Assembly: GCA_964016885.1 (NCBI GenBank)
Contig: OZ024743.1
Location: 330,522,001 to 330,586,000, forward strand
Source: Eledone cirrhosa
Lineage: Eukaryota
DNA: 64,000 nt
Direction of reading: 5' to 3'
The position numbers and the translations under genes are program-made. This document shows positions 24,475 through 38,673 of the stretch, piece after piece. Positions within the stretch are counted from its first letter, which is position 1. Each line of letters starts with the position of its first letter. The notes beneath the pieces were generated by a model. The model made no database searches. It saw only the letters and a list, made by a program, of their open reading frames with translations, and had not been told where the DNA came from.

Positions 24475-27400
24475 CTGTTTTCTTTATTAACCACAAGGGT
24501 TTACATAAAGTAGACATTAAGGACAGTACAGGACAATACAGGACGGTACAAATGGGCATTTCTGCGAGTAAAAAAACAGAGGATGTAATAAAATAACAAA
24601 GAAAAATTCCCCAATAGGGGGGAGACTTCCGAGGGACATTTGTGGAGAAAGCCCATTAAAAGACCACAGTGACCCTGACCACCAGGGCAAGTGCCCTCTC
24701 CCAGTTTTCCACCTTTCATTTACAGACACATACTCAGAGAAGGCCCATTCATTCGGGCCATACTTGCTTCTCTCACCCATCTTTCAACAAAATGCTGGGA
24801 AGAGAGCACTTCCCTCTCTACCCTGATTTTCCTTTTCAAATGAAATTTGAAACAGTTAATCAGGGCATCACCGAAGAGGTAAGTGCTCGTCTTCAGCCCT
24901 TTCAAACGTGTCCACCATACTATCTATTTCGCCATGGCCACCAGACAGATAAAAACTGCCTGCCCTTCCCGGCTAAAGGAAGAGGGCGGGGCAATCCTCA
25001 CGATGGACTCAGCTGATAGCTGGATCCGTCCTACACGTGACAGCAGGTGTTCGACATAAACCCACAATTCAGCAATGCTCGGACACGGGACGAGTGCGTG
25101 CAGGACGGTTTCGTCGCCCTGTGCGCATCTCGGACATGCCCGGCTGACGGCACCTCCATGCCTGTAGAGTTTATCCCGAACTGGCAAAGCTCCCCGGTAG
25201 CACTGCCAGGCCTTTGATTTCTGGAAGTTGTCCATAGGCCCCGGCCCGAAAGTCCTTCCGAAGAGATTGGCTAGTTGATTTTCGTCGACGCCTAGAGTTT
25301 CTCCAAGTACGTCGTCGCTCTTCCCCTCCACTAATCCTCTATAGAACGCCAAGGTGGAGTTTCCACCGATCACATTGCCCGATTGGTCGAGGGCTGTGAG
25401 CGCCTGAAGATATTCCAGTCTCCAAGCGCTCCCTCTCGGTCTTCGCTTGACCCAGGACTGCAGCTCCGCCAAGGAGACGAGCTGGGGAAAAACGTGTCTA
25501 GCAAACGGCAACCACACCTGATCACCGTCGAGGAAGAGGTGGAGATGTCGTAGCCTGAGCGCGTGTCTGCGCATCATCAGCCACGGCATGCCCAGCCCTC
25601 CACGTAGCGGGTGTTGACAGCAGATGGACCGCCTGACCATCGGAGCGCGTCCCTTCCACAAAAAGCGAAAGAGCAAACGCTCCAGCTCAGTCAGGCGGGG
25701 CTTAGGACAAGGTACGACGTTCAGGCGGTAGTAGATGACGGACGCGATGTACGCGTTAGCCACCTCCGCTCGACCTTTCAGGGATAGCTTCCTCTCGGCC
25801 CATTTCTGGGTGAGAGAAGCCACCCTGCTCGTCCCTGTCCGTCTGGAGGTCTGGACCGAACCAGACCCCTAGCAATTTAACCGGTCCGTCCGTCCAGCGC
25901 CCGACGACGCTGTTGGACGGCATGGACCTGCCTCTCCAGGTGCCGAGCTGCAGGCCCACTGACTTTTCCTGGGTGATCATTGCTCCTGTCACCGCTTCGT
26001 ATTCTCTTAGTGTAGTGCCGATCGCCTCGATGTGTTTGGCGTTCGAGACCACTATGGTGACATCGTCCGCATATGCTGACACGGATCTTCCGCATCCTAG
26101 TTCGCGAGGGACCCCCCTTTAACGTCTCCAGTTTGTGCAGTAATGGCTCGAGAGTCAATACGTACAATAGGGACGAGAGGGCACATCCTTGGCGGACCGA
26201 GCGCATGATGTTGAACGGTTCCGAAAGGTGACCGTTCACTCTCACTACAGAGCAGATGTCGCTGTGCATGGCAGCGATCCTGCCTCTGAAGACGGGCCCA
26301 AAGCCAGCCGCTCTCAGGACTGCCGCTAGGTAATGATGGTCGAACCTATCAAAGGCTTTCGACTGATCTAAATTGATCAAAGACCCACCTGTGCCAGGTT
26401 CCCTAGCTACCCTCTCTACGATGTATCGCATGAGGTGGAGGTTGTCGTGGATGGATCTGTCGGGAATGGTGCATGTCTGCGCCTCCCCCACCAGACCACC
26501 AACGACAAGCGCCAACCTCTTTGCTAGCACCTTGGCCAAAATCTTGAACTCTGTGTTTAGCAGAGTTATGGGCCTAAAATTATCTATGTTATCCCCCTTG
26601 TTCGGATCCTTTATCGGCAGCGCCACCGCTCCTCGGCTCACAGAGCTGGGATTTCTCCCGTTCTGTTGCCAGTTGCAGTAGACGTCCGCCAAGAGGCCTC
26701 CGAACAAGTCTGGCATTTGTACGTAAAGTTCATAGGGCAGACCATCCAAACCAGGCGATTTACCCCTTGTGCAGCCAGTCATTGCCTCCCGTACTTCAGC
26801 GGCTGTTATCGGCTTTTCGCAGCACTCCGCCTCAGTGGCTGAGAGCCGCGGCAGTCCGTCGAGGTAGACACTAAAGTCCATCCCTCGATCCGGCCCGCCA
26901 CTGCCCCCGAACAGTTGAGCGAAGTGTCGCTGAAAAGCTTCACACATTTGCCCGGGATCGAGTAGCATGCACCCGTCGTAGTCCACCAAAGACCGGATCG
27001 TGGCTTTGTTGCCACGACGCGCCTCCACCACTCGCCCCCATTGAACGGCTTTCGTCCCCTCGTGTCTGAGAGCACGCACCCTAGCTCTGACAACGCAGCC
27101 TTCATGCTTTGCATTGAAGAATTGGTCAAAGGCCAATTTCGCCGCAAGTACGTCGGTCGCGATGCCTTTGCAAAGCGCCTCGTCTAATTTTCTAACTAAT
27201 TCTCCCTCTGCTCTATTTTTCTCTATTGCTAAAGCCTTACTAAACCTAATGGACTCTATTCTAATTGCTCTTTTCAGAGCAAACCACTACTTGTTGTTGA
27301 CGATGGCCCCCGTCAACGCCCGCTTAACTAGTTCGCTAATCCGGTCTCTGTAGGCCTTGCACGCTGGTAAGGACGCGTTTAGCTTCCAGTAGCCGGGTCC

Positions 27401-30350
27401 TCGTCTATGAAGCCTATCTAAGTCAAGCACACAGATCACGAATTTGTGGTCCGTGTAGCTGACTATCTTGAATTGTGGACAGCCTATGCTAGACCTATCT
27501 ATTTCCCTACAAAATACTCTATCTAGATATGATCTGGATGACCCTATGCGATTTGTCCAAGTCCACATGGTACATTCGGGAAATCCAATTGGTACCTGTC
27601 AGACAGTTCAAAACGCCTGCGCAGGTTGGTGAGACTCTTGCACCCTCTTTCCCTATCCACTAATCCCACACAATCCCAACGTGCATCTAAGATCCCGTTC
27701 CAGTCGCCCACTAACACTAAAGAGCGGGACGTTCCAAGAAAGGTCTCCAGACGCCGGAAGAAATCAGGCCGCCCTGCTCCTGTCGGGGCATAGACGGCCA
27801 CTAACCTGAAAGCTTGCTCGTCTCCGCTGGTCACGTCCAGCACCACCAACTTACCTTCTGGGTCCAGGAAGATGGCCCGTATGGCAAGATCCAAACTTCT
27901 CCGAAAAAGCACAGCAACTCCTCCCCCCGATCCCGGACGGCTGGGAGATGCGTACACATCGTAGCCGCCGAAGATCGGTGCGAAGGCCCGTGCTTCGGAG
28001 ATTCTCGTCTCGCTGATGGCCACTACATCTATGTTTAGTGACCTGAGGTCGTTGAGCAGGTGGCCCTGCTTCCATGACGACCCCAAGCCACGCGCATTTA
28101 TGCTGCCTATTCTGAGTGAGGTCATGTTGAAAAGGAATGGAAAAGATGGGAAAGACCACTTACCTTACTTCTTGTAGAGGAAGGACGGTTTTTCCATCCT
28201 TTTCACTGCTTGTGGCCTCCTCAGGAAGGATGTCCTTATAAACCCTCCTGGAGAGTGCTTGTCGGAAGTCTCCGATGTCTTTGGGGAATTTTTGTTTTAG
28301 TGTCATGTACGTTTTCTGTGTGATGCGAGTGATTTGTATGTGTGGAGGTGGTGTGAATTTTTGGGTTGTTGTGTAGTCTTTTTCTGTGATGCTGGTGTTG
28401 TGTTGGATGTAGTGTAATAATTGCTTGTTGTTCAAATTTAATGCTGTGTAGTGTGTATCGTTTTGGTTGTTTTGTTTTGTTTGCGTTTGTTGCTGGTTTG
28501 TTTCTGTTTCGCATTTTGGTGACTTTTGTGGTGTAGGTGATGGTGGTGTTGGGGTTAATGATGGTGATGGTGTTGGTGTTTGGGGTGATGGCGTTGTTGA
28601 TGCTGGTGTGGATGGTGGCATATCTGTCCTAACTTTTTTGTTTGTTAATTTATTTGTTTCCCTCTGTATTTTGTTTTTGGAGGGGGAAGGAAGAGACTTT
28701 TTTCTTTTTTGGTTTCTTTTTTTTTTCCTGATACCGGTTCCCACTCCTCGTCGTCACAATCTGTCTCCAGTTGTGATAGGCCGGGGAGTGGAAAATCCTC
28801 CACAGGCGTTAGTTTTGGTTGTGGCGTGGTGGATGGTGTAGGCGCTGGTGCTAGTTCTGAAGCGTTGGGTGGTGATGGTGTAGGTTTTGCTGGTGGTGGT
28901 GGTGTTGGTTTTGCTACTGTTGCTGGGGTTGTTGCTGTTATAGTTGCTTCTGTTGTTGCTGCTACAGTTGTTGCTGCCATCTCTGCTACTGGTGGTGTTG
29001 ATGGTTTAGTCACTGGGGTGGGTAGGAGAGGTGGCCTCAACCTTTTAGCCTGAGGGCAGAAAGCCCTTAGGTGGGTTCCTTCACCACAAACGACACACCT
29101 AGGCCTTCTGCCGTCGACAATTACGGTGAGGTGGCTGCCGTCAGTGAGGTCTATTATCTCTGGGATCTCCGCAATGCTTTTTTGGTCCCCTTGGATTAGG
29201 AGCTCCATCCCAGATCCGGACCAGTTCTCCTGCTTTTCTTTTGCTATTGCTATTATCTTTGTGTTGGCTTCGATGCCGGCGAGGACGGCCGCTATTAGCC
29301 AGGGAATTTCGATGGCCGGTGGAACGTGGGTCACCCTGATCTTTACGAGTCTCTCGCCACAATAGCTTGGGACGAGTGTGAAGTCGTCACTTCTTAATGG
29401 GGCCATGGAGTGTTCTCTAGCCTCCTCTGGTGTTTCAAAGCACACGTCCACGGTTCCATACTTCTGCCCACGTCTGATGTGGGTTTTTCTTGCCCACACA
29501 TTCCCAAAGCTTTTTGGATTTGGGACTCGGATGCCCGTTCCACTCGGCGCGATTTTACATTTATTGTTCGATACGACACGGTGCATAGGCGCCGATGCTC
29601 CATTTTATTAGGTGTGGGGGTGAGGCTGACCCTGTACCCATCTTTCTTTACCATTTGTTTGGCATTTTCTAAATCCTCCTGAGTTACCGTAAATGCTTCG
29701 AACTGTTTTGCTACTCTGGCAAAACTCAGGGTGGTTTTTTTAATGTCATTGTTGTTGTTGCTATCGTTATTTTTGTTATTATTAATTTTAGTTTCAGTTG
29801 TGGTGGTGGTGACGTCAGTGGAGTTCGGTTTGGAAGAGTTCATTTTGGTTGAAAATATTTCGACATCACGAGTTGATTTATTTTTTCCTTTTGTTTCTGT
29901 TGTCGCGGTCGTGGTGAGGGTGGTGGTTGTCGCGGTGGTGGTGGTGGTGGCGGCTTTAACACCTGCAGTCATTGGTAATGGCGGGAAATGAATGTCTGCC
30001 TGAGACAAATTTAAAATATTGCTAGTGCTTAAATTGTTTGTGTTGGCAAACGTAATATCATTTACCATGGTGGTGTCGGTGTGAGGTGTTAATTTGTGAG
30101 GAAGGCTTTCAGCTGCTTGGTGCAGAGGTGAATTAGCCATTTTTTTTTCAAAGAAATTTGTTGATAATCATAAAAGTTTAAATTTGGGGCACAAGGTCCC
30201 AATCTCTTTGGGTGTCCTTTTCGGAAAACAATGTATGTGCGCTTATATATAGTTAACAATAAAAATTTTCCATAAATGGCAATTTTTAACAAACGGAAAT
30301 AACAAACCTTTGCGGAGCTCACGATGATACGATTTACTACGTAGGTCGCC
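24475..30350 (-). mobile_element. E4: full-length but decayed L1/Tx1-type element in (TAT)n
   Basis: ORF1 fragments 28160-30140 (CVVCGEGTHLRAFC), ORF2 fragments 24720-28125 (GDWN, QGCALS, YADD); (AAT)n at 24451-24474 and 30351-30371. Confidence 0.93.
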
Positions 30351-30371
30351 AATAATAATAATAATAATAAT

Positions 30372-33300
30372 GATTTCATTTATTGGCCACAAGGGCCGAC
30401 ATATAGGGGATAATACAAAAGACTGGGACAGTGGGGTTTTACAGAAAAATCGAGTAAACAATATGAATAAACAAAGTAACAATGACAAAGTAAAAATAAA
30501 GTAACAAGAAAATTACAACAAGAAAAAATTCCCCAATAGGGGGGATAACCACCTAGGGTTCGCTCAGGTACTCCACCAGTCCTGAACAACCCGACGCTTC
30601 GAGAGCACCCTGGAAGGGCACCCCTCTCCTCTTCAAATTTACCTACCTACAGCCGCATGACCAGAGTAGGCCCACTCACACGGGCCATTCTCGCCACATT
30701 CACCTACCTTTCAGCAAATGTACTGGGGGGCAGCGCTTCTCTCTCCACCCTTACCTTCCTTTCCAAGTGAAACTTGAAAAAGTTGATGAGGGATTGGCCG
30801 AAGAGAAAAGTGTCTGTCTTCAGTCCTTTCAACCTCGTCCACCATACAACCTCTTTCGCTACTGCCACCAGACAGAGGAAAATTGCCTGCCCTTCCTGGC
30901 CAAAAGAAGGTGGCGTGTCGATCTTCACTATGGACTCGGCCGATAGCGGATCCGTTCTACACGCGACAACAGCCGTTCGACATAACTCCACAAGTCAGTA
31001 ATGCACGGAGTAATGCACGGACACTGGACGAGTGCGTGCAGAACGGTTTCGTCGCTCTGCGCGCATTTTGAGCAGGTTCGTCTGATAGCACTTCCGTGCC
31101 TGTAGAGTTTATCTCGAACCGGCAGTGCCCCCCGGTAGGACTGGCAAGCGAGGGATTTTTGGAAATTATCCATCGTCCCCGGCTCGAAAGTCCTCCGGTA
31201 CAGACTGGTTAGTTCGACTTCGTCGACTCCCAGAGCAACCGAGCAAAATGTTGGCGAAAGGCCTCACACATCCTGTTGGAATCGCTCAGCTCGTGCCCGT
31301 CTCGGTCCGTCAAAGACCGAATCGTGGTTTTATTACCACGCTGCGCCTCTGCCACTTGGGCCCATCGAACAGCTTTGGTTCCCTCGTTTCTCAGAGCACG
31401 CGCCTTACCTCTGACAATGCAACCTTCGTGTTTCGCATTGAAGAAATGGTCTAATGCCATTCTCGCCGCTAGCACGTCAGTTGCAATGCCACTACCAATA
31501 GCCTCGGCTAACTTATCTACCAACTCCCCCTCCTTTCTATTTTTCTCTAATGCTACTTCTTTGCTAAACTCTATCGACATTACTCTAATCTCTCTTTTGA
31601 GAGCCCCCCACCATCTATTGTTGACGACTCTCCCTGTCAACTTTTTCTTAACTAAATTGTTGACCTGGTCCCTGTAAGCCTTACGTGCCGGAAATGAAAT
31701 GTTTAGCTTCCAGTAACCAGGTCCTAACCTACGCCTCTTATCTAGGTCGACTATACAGATCACAAACTTGTGATCTGAATAGGCGACCGTTTCAAAACGT
31801 GGACAGCTTACACTATTTCTGTCTATTTTCCCAATGAATATCCTGTCTATATACGATCTAGATGACTCTATGCGGTTAGCCCAGGTCCACACTGGCGCAT
31901 TAGGGAAATCTAGTCGGTACCTGTCAGACAGTTGGAACTGGCTGATCAGGTTCTTGAGGCTTTTGCACCCCCCGCTCCTATCGGATACTCCCACACAGTC
32001 CCAGCGTGCTTCTAAGATGCCGTTCCAGTCCCCCGCTAACAGTAGGGAGCGAGACGTACCCAGAAAGGCTTCCAGGCGTCTAAACAAGTCCGGCCGCCCT
32101 GCCCAGTAGGAGTATAGACGACCACCAGTCTAAAGGCACCACCTTCGTTATTGTTCACGTCCAGGACCACGAACTTCCCGTCCGGGTCCCGGAAGATCGA
32201 CCTTACCTCGAGATCCAGGCCTTTCCTAAACAGCACTGCCACCCCCCCCCCCCCCCCCATTCCCGGCCGGCTAGCAGATGCAAAGATCTGATAGTCGTCG
32301 AAAATGGGGGCTAGTGCGCGCGAGGGGAAGTTTTACTTACCTTCCGCGCTCTTGTGAAGGTCGGGTTGTTCGACCTCCATAGTTGGTGGGGTTTCTTTTG
32401 GGAACCGCTTTAAAAGTCTTGAAGTGGGTTTTACGTTCGGGGTTCCCACATCCCGAGGAAAGCTGTCTCGTATTTCTTTGAATATATCGAGCGCCATTTG
32501 CACCAGAACCAAATCTACCGGCACGCGAAATGTGCTCGATTTAAAATTTCCCCCTCTTTTTGTATATTTTCACTTCGTGCTACGAGGGCCATCAGTTCCT
32601 TGTTGGCCCTCCTGACGAGCACGAAGTTTTGTATGATTTGTTGGTGTGATTTTATTTGTTTGCGTGGCTGTGGTGGTGATGGTTTTGGTGGTGTTGTTTC
32701 GGTTGTATCTGTGTTTGTTGTGAGTGCGGTGTCTCTGGTTTCAGATGTTTGTGTGTATATTTTTGTTGCGTCTGTTTCGGTTGTTTGCGTTTGGGGGATT
32801 ATGGTGATGGTGGTGTTGGTGTTATTGGAGATATGTTTGCGTGGGTGGTGTCTGCGTTTTTTATTGTGTGTGCTTTTGTGCTTTGTTGAGTTTTTTTTTT
32901 CTTTTTGTGTTTCCTTTTTTGTATTTTGGGGGATTTTGGTTTTCCCTCATTTTCACTATTGGTAGATGAGGGGTCTGTATCTGTAAGTGTGTCTGTATGT
33001 ATGTTTATGGTTTTATTGGTGTGTGTATTTTTGGGGGGAGGGGAAATTTGACAGCTTTCCTCGTTTTCCCCCTGGGTGGTCAATGTTGGTGGTGGTCTTT
33101 CTATTGTTGTTGTTGTTGGTGGTTTTGCCGGTGCTGGTGTTGGTTGTGGTCCTCGCCCCGGCGACGGCAGCAGTGGAGCCTTTCGACCCCTTGCCTCTTT
33201 CAGCAGTTGAGGTCAGAAGGCTCGCAAATGGGTTTTTTCCCCACAAACATTTTGCCTTCGGTCATAATGTGAATCACCGTCCCATTCTGAAGGCGGATGT

Positions 33301-34510
33301 GGTCCGGGATTGTCTTCACATTCTCGGGCCTGATCTGCAGAAGGATCTCCAGGTCAACCCCGGACCAGTCCCCTCTGGCCGTTCTGGTCACTTCTTTAGC
33401 GACGGTATCCGTCCCCTCCACAATCACACATCCCAGAAGCCACCACATGTCAAGTCCTGGTGGGATTCTGCTAATGCGGAGACGGGCCGTTCTTTTTCCC
33501 ATGTGGGAGGGATACATTATGACCTTGCTGGTTTTGCAAGGAGTCACAGCGTGTTTCATAGCGATGGCTTCTGACTTGAACAACACCGAAATGGTGCCAT
33601 ACTGTCTGCCCCTCTCTATGTACTGGGTGTCTTCTCTGATGCACCTCAGCGCGACTTAGACATCTTCTTGTGGGATTAAAGCTGCCCTTTTGGTTTTTGC
33701 TGAGATGCATCTATAATGCACCGTTCTGCGCTCCACTGCCTCAATAGCTTCTACCGGGACAGTTAAGCTGGCCCAGGTTTGCACTTGCTTGATGAGCTTC
33801 CATGCTTGGGCCAACTTTTCATCTTTGTTTGAGAGGTCCATGTTGAAGCATGGCCTCTTTTTTTTTGCTGCTGCCGCAGCGAAAGTGTTCTTCTTGTTTT
33901 CGTTGGGGGTGTTGTGGTCGTTGTCGTTGTTCTTGTTGGTGCTTTTGTTAGCACTGTCGCTGTTATCATTGTTGTCTTTGTTGCCACCGTTGTTCTCGGT
34001 GCAGTTGGTATTGTTGCTGTTGGTGTTGTCGCTATTTGTTTTCATGTTAGTGGTGTTGATATTGTTGTTGTATTTGTTATTTTTTTTTGTTATCTGTATT
34101 TTCGTTGTCACTGTTGCTGTCATTTTTTTCAAAATTAGAGTTCTCATTGGTATCATTGGTGTCTTTGTTTACATTGTTTGTGTTTGTGTTATCAATGTGT
34201 GTTAATTTCGCTGTAGCACTCCTCTCAACTTCTACGTCGTTGTCGCACAACAGCAGGCATATCGCTGGGGGTGGGGGGTGGGGGGTGACTCAGCCATGTT
34301 TTTTTTTTCTCCGTAAATTTTTAACATGTAAAAAAAGTTAAAATATTTGGGCCAAAAGGCCCAAATATTATACTTTCCCCTTCACGGGGCAAAGTCTAAG
34401 GGCTTATATCCCTTACACAACAAGAAATATTTAACAACAAATAATTTTAACAGATGATCCTGTGTGTGTGCAGGTGAAACTCCAGAGTAACAAGACTCAC
34501 TACTTAGTCA
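30372..34510 (-). mobile_element. E5: decayed, internally deleted L1/Tx1-type element lacking the RT domain
   Basis: ORF1 fragments about 32333-34297; endonuclease part 31235-32320 is fused directly to the C-terminal region 30647-31230. 5' boundary approximate. Confidence 0.88.
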
Positions 34511-35308
34511 TAATAAAATAATATTTAAACTCTACTTCAGAATTGAGTACTTGTTTCCCTCGTCCGTCAACTAGATACCGATATATATAATAATTACTGA
34601 GATAATAAAAAGAGGCTGGATACCTTATGGCTTTGAACTCGAGAAAATAAATAAAGCTCAAGTTAATATATACCACATACCGAATTTAGCAATGAGAGAA
34701 TAGATACTAGTACCACACGGAAACTAAAGGAGGATAAAATAATCTGTGAGTCGTATGTTCACAGGACTTTGGCAAACATGGAATCGTTAGAAACAATTAT
34801 ATCTCCATTTATGGTTTATCTGAGTCCTAGTTCGTGCCATCCGGTGACTTGGTGTTACATTCAAGTATGTTTACTTTCTTCTGTTCTCGTTTAACATGTG
34901 TAATGTTTATTTTCCACGGAGTGTTGATTTTCATAACAGTTACACGTTCCGTGATTATGTCATCCATAACCCACCGAATCTGTGAAGATATCCGACGACG
35001 GGTAGCTGATGGTGGACAGCTCCTTGTTTCCTTTTCCATGCTTTCTGTTCCTCTTATTGTCTCCCTGTCTATAATTCCCCGTTTCTATAACTGTCGATAT
35101 ACTCAATATTTTCTCGTTGTCATTCGAGATCGATAAATGAAGTACATCTCTAGTACTTGTAGCTCTCTATCTATAGCTCTCTTTCTCTCGCTCTCTCTGT
35201 CTGTCTCCTTCCATCTCTATATATCTCCTCTCTGTCTTTCTATAGCTCTCACTCTCTTTTATAACTCTATCTACCCCCCCCCCCCCCCTCTATCTCTCTA
35301 TCTCCCCC

Positions 35309-35344
<36 letters not shown>

Positions 35345-35746
35345 TTCTATTTCTATATATCTCCCTCTCTCTAAAACAAATCGGTTTTGTTCAAACCTAG
35401 AAAAAAATAGGCCCCACCAGGTTTAAATGCACAAGACACACCATATGCCTACGAGTCCATCGAGTTTTAAGGAGTGATGCACGCGTGTATGTGATCCTTT
35501 AAGATACAATAAAGCACCTCTAAGGTCTGCATAATAGGCGGCTGCTCGTTAGTCTTAATGGTAGCACTGGTACACCGTATACGTCAGACACTGATTTCCT
35601 AATGAACTGGTTGGTTACGAGTTATCTACACATAAGAAAATGAAATTGTATATATATATATATATATACATGTATAAATATATAGAGATATATAATTATA
35701 CACGCAGATATACATACACACATACACACACACACACACACACAGG

Positions 35747-35776
<30 letters not shown>

Positions 35777-35777
<1 letters not shown>

Positions 35778-36374
35778 GGTGGCTGCCAACTCGTTTTCGA
35801 GTACGGCCACTACTTTATATCCATGTACGAGAACCCCTACGAGTGTGACATTTTAGTCCAGTCAGCGACTTGAAAACTCTGGTACAAACACTACACTTGT
35901 GACAATTATTGACACATAGTGCTGGGCCCATGGCACCATGTAACGACAAGTGCAGAGAGATCTCCAGATATAAAGCAATGCCTGTGCCGTGAAGCTTTTA
36001 TAGTGAGCAAAAGCACAGCACAAAGCCAATCCCACTCTCTTAACCAAGATGATATTTACCAAAAAGAAGAACAAGTCAACATCATTGGATACCATCAGGG
36101 TTGCAGGTACTATATCAGAGTTTTCCTTCTCCTAGAATTCTGCCTTGACAAAGGCTAAGGGGTCATCTCTCCCGGTGATTTTGGATGGCCATTGACTCTT
36201 AAGAGCTCATTTGCCCTTTGACAGGTTTTGTTTTTAGTGCTGCAGGGTGTCCAAAGTCACCCTCCTCACCAAGAAACGTTGGTGGGGTTGCCAGTTTAGT
36301 CGCCAACGACCCGACCATGGGACAGGTTGTACTGGAATACATGTTACCATTAGCACCAACTGGTGACCTGACAT
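35777..36374 (-). mobile_element. ~600-bp non-autonomous element, probably RTE-derived (copy 1)
   Basis: Second copy at 49319-49924 with the same ends, both in (TA)n. Copy 2 encodes CTRVFKSLAGLKSH, resembling the C-terminal C2H2 finger of RTE-type ORFs. Confidence 0.6.
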
Positions 36375-36397
36375 TATATATATATATATATATATAT

Positions 36398-37729
36398 ACA
36401 TGCATACATTTATTTTTTTTAAAATTAATTGAGGTCTTAACACGCAGGATTAAAATTATTTAAAAAAAACTAATTAACCCACGTGTATATTATTTTACTT
36501 TCTTGTGTTTCGCGATTGCCTCCCTTTTCCGCTTCATGACGCTGTGAAATTCCTCAGTCTAGGACTGCTGGAATTTCAAATTTGGCGGTCATTATGATGC
36601 GTGAAGGGACGACTTAGCTGACACGAAAAATAACTGCGGTAAGAAAAAACTTTTCTTATATCAAAGTCTGAATGGCATCCACTGATGATTTATAAGTGCC
36701 CACCTGCATATGTTCTTACAGAAAATTATGTAGGCTTCTACATAAACCGGATACATTCTCCCAACTTGTAGAAGACTTATAATGAAACAATTGTTTGGAA
36801 AGAGAGATATATTTTAATTTTTAATTATATCTCATATAAAATAATGCAACTGGCTTTCCACAAAATACATATAGTTAGCACCCCAAACACAACATTGGGA
36901 TTATACTAAAGTATATCCTAATGTTTGTTGAGTGAGATGGTAGCCAGTCAGAGTTTAGCTTAAAGCTATCTCTGTTATTGTATTACATATTTTACTCTTG
37001 ATTTGGCCAGAGAAATATATTTCCAGATACCTTTTAAGCGTAACTTTCCGTATTTATTATTGTTATGAAATATGAATTGTTATTTTGGTATCATATCTCT
37101 GTTTTTAGCCTAACAAAATATCTATATGCGTGTGTAATTAATACATGCATACATTTATTTTTTTTTAATTAATTGAGTTCTTAACACGCAGGATTAAATT
37201 TGTTTTTAAAAAAACTAATTAACCCACGTGTATATTATTTTACTTTCTTGTGTTTCGCGATTGCCTCCCTTTTCCGCTTCGTGAGGCTGTGAAATTCCTC
37301 AGTCTAGGACTGCTGGAATTTCAAATTTGGCGGTCATTATGATGCGGGAAGGGACGACTTAGCTGACACGAAAAATAACTGCGGTAAGAAAATTGTTTTC
37401 TTATATCAAAATCTGAAGGGCATCCACTGATGATTTATAAGTACCCACCTACATATATTCTTACAGGAAAATATGTTAGGCTTCTACATAAACCGGATAC
37501 ATTCTCCCAACTTGTAGAAAACTTATAATGAAACAATTGTTTGGAAAGAGAGATATATTTTAATTTTTAATTATATCTCATATAAAATAATACAACTGGC
37601 TTTCCACAAAATACATATAGTTAGCACCCCAAACACAAAATTGGGATTATACTAAGGTATATCCTAATGTTTGTTGAGTGAGATGGTAGCCAGTCAGAGT
37701 TTAGCTTAAAGCTATCTCTGTTATTGTAT

Positions 37730-37730
<1 letters not shown>
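36398..37730 (+). repeat. Tandem duplication, 745-bp period (~1.8 copies)
   Basis: ACATGCATACATTTATTTTT at 36398 and 37143; CTGATGA at 36682 and 37427. Confidence 0.9.
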
Positions 37731-37776
<46 letters not shown>

Positions 37777-38635
37777 ATATACATACATATACATATATAT
37801 CGTGTTGATAATTTGCATGACCATGTTAGATTTACTTTGATTTTACACACACACCACAGGCTTACATACATAGGAGAAGGTGGGTGGTTGAGGAGGAGGA
37901 GGAGAACAACAACAACATAAATAAATAAATAACAAGACCAACAATAAAGTAATAATGTTTTACGTAACACATATTACATATCTCAAAAGACACGGAAACT
38001 ATATTACTGACTTCCGTGGCAAAAATATAATAAAAATAATGTTAAAATATAGCAATGAATAAAACAATAAAATAAGAAAATAAAAAATAGACATAAAACA
38101 AAGATATCAGAAAATAACATTGTTTTTTTTTTCTTTTTTCTTTTTTTATCAACTTTGTTATTTATAATGAACCAAAAAAATTAAATTTCTCTGATACGAA
38201 AATTGAAAGGAGAAACAAAAAACAACAATATTAATAATAACAAAAATAATAATAATACTAATAATAAAAATAATGATAGTAATAATAATATCAATGAAGG
38301 CAATACATAAATGCAAAGTTTAAAAAAAAAAAGAGACAAATACAAGCGTAAGTATATATAATTTAGGAAGAACAATCTAGAAATTTAATAAACAATGTTT
38401 ATATTGGAGTAAATAAGTGAAAAATTCGATTTCAACGCTTTCATTAGTAACTACTGTCTGTAGCTTGCAAGTTAGTTTAGCGGAGAATTACCATGTTGTG
38501 ATGTGTGAGTATAGAGGTATATATATATATATACACACACATATATATGTGTGTGTATATGTGTGTGTGTGTGAGAGCGAGAGAGTATAAATATATATAT
38601 ATATACATAATATACATATTTGTGCGTCTGTGCGA

Positions 38636-38672
<37 letters not shown>

Positions 38673-38673
<1 letters not shown>

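Noticed and set aside
36285-36374. HDV-like ribozyme at the 5' end of the RTE-like element
   Set aside because: P4-, J4/2- and P2-like pieces are visible on the minus strand, but I could not build consistent P1 and P3 helices.
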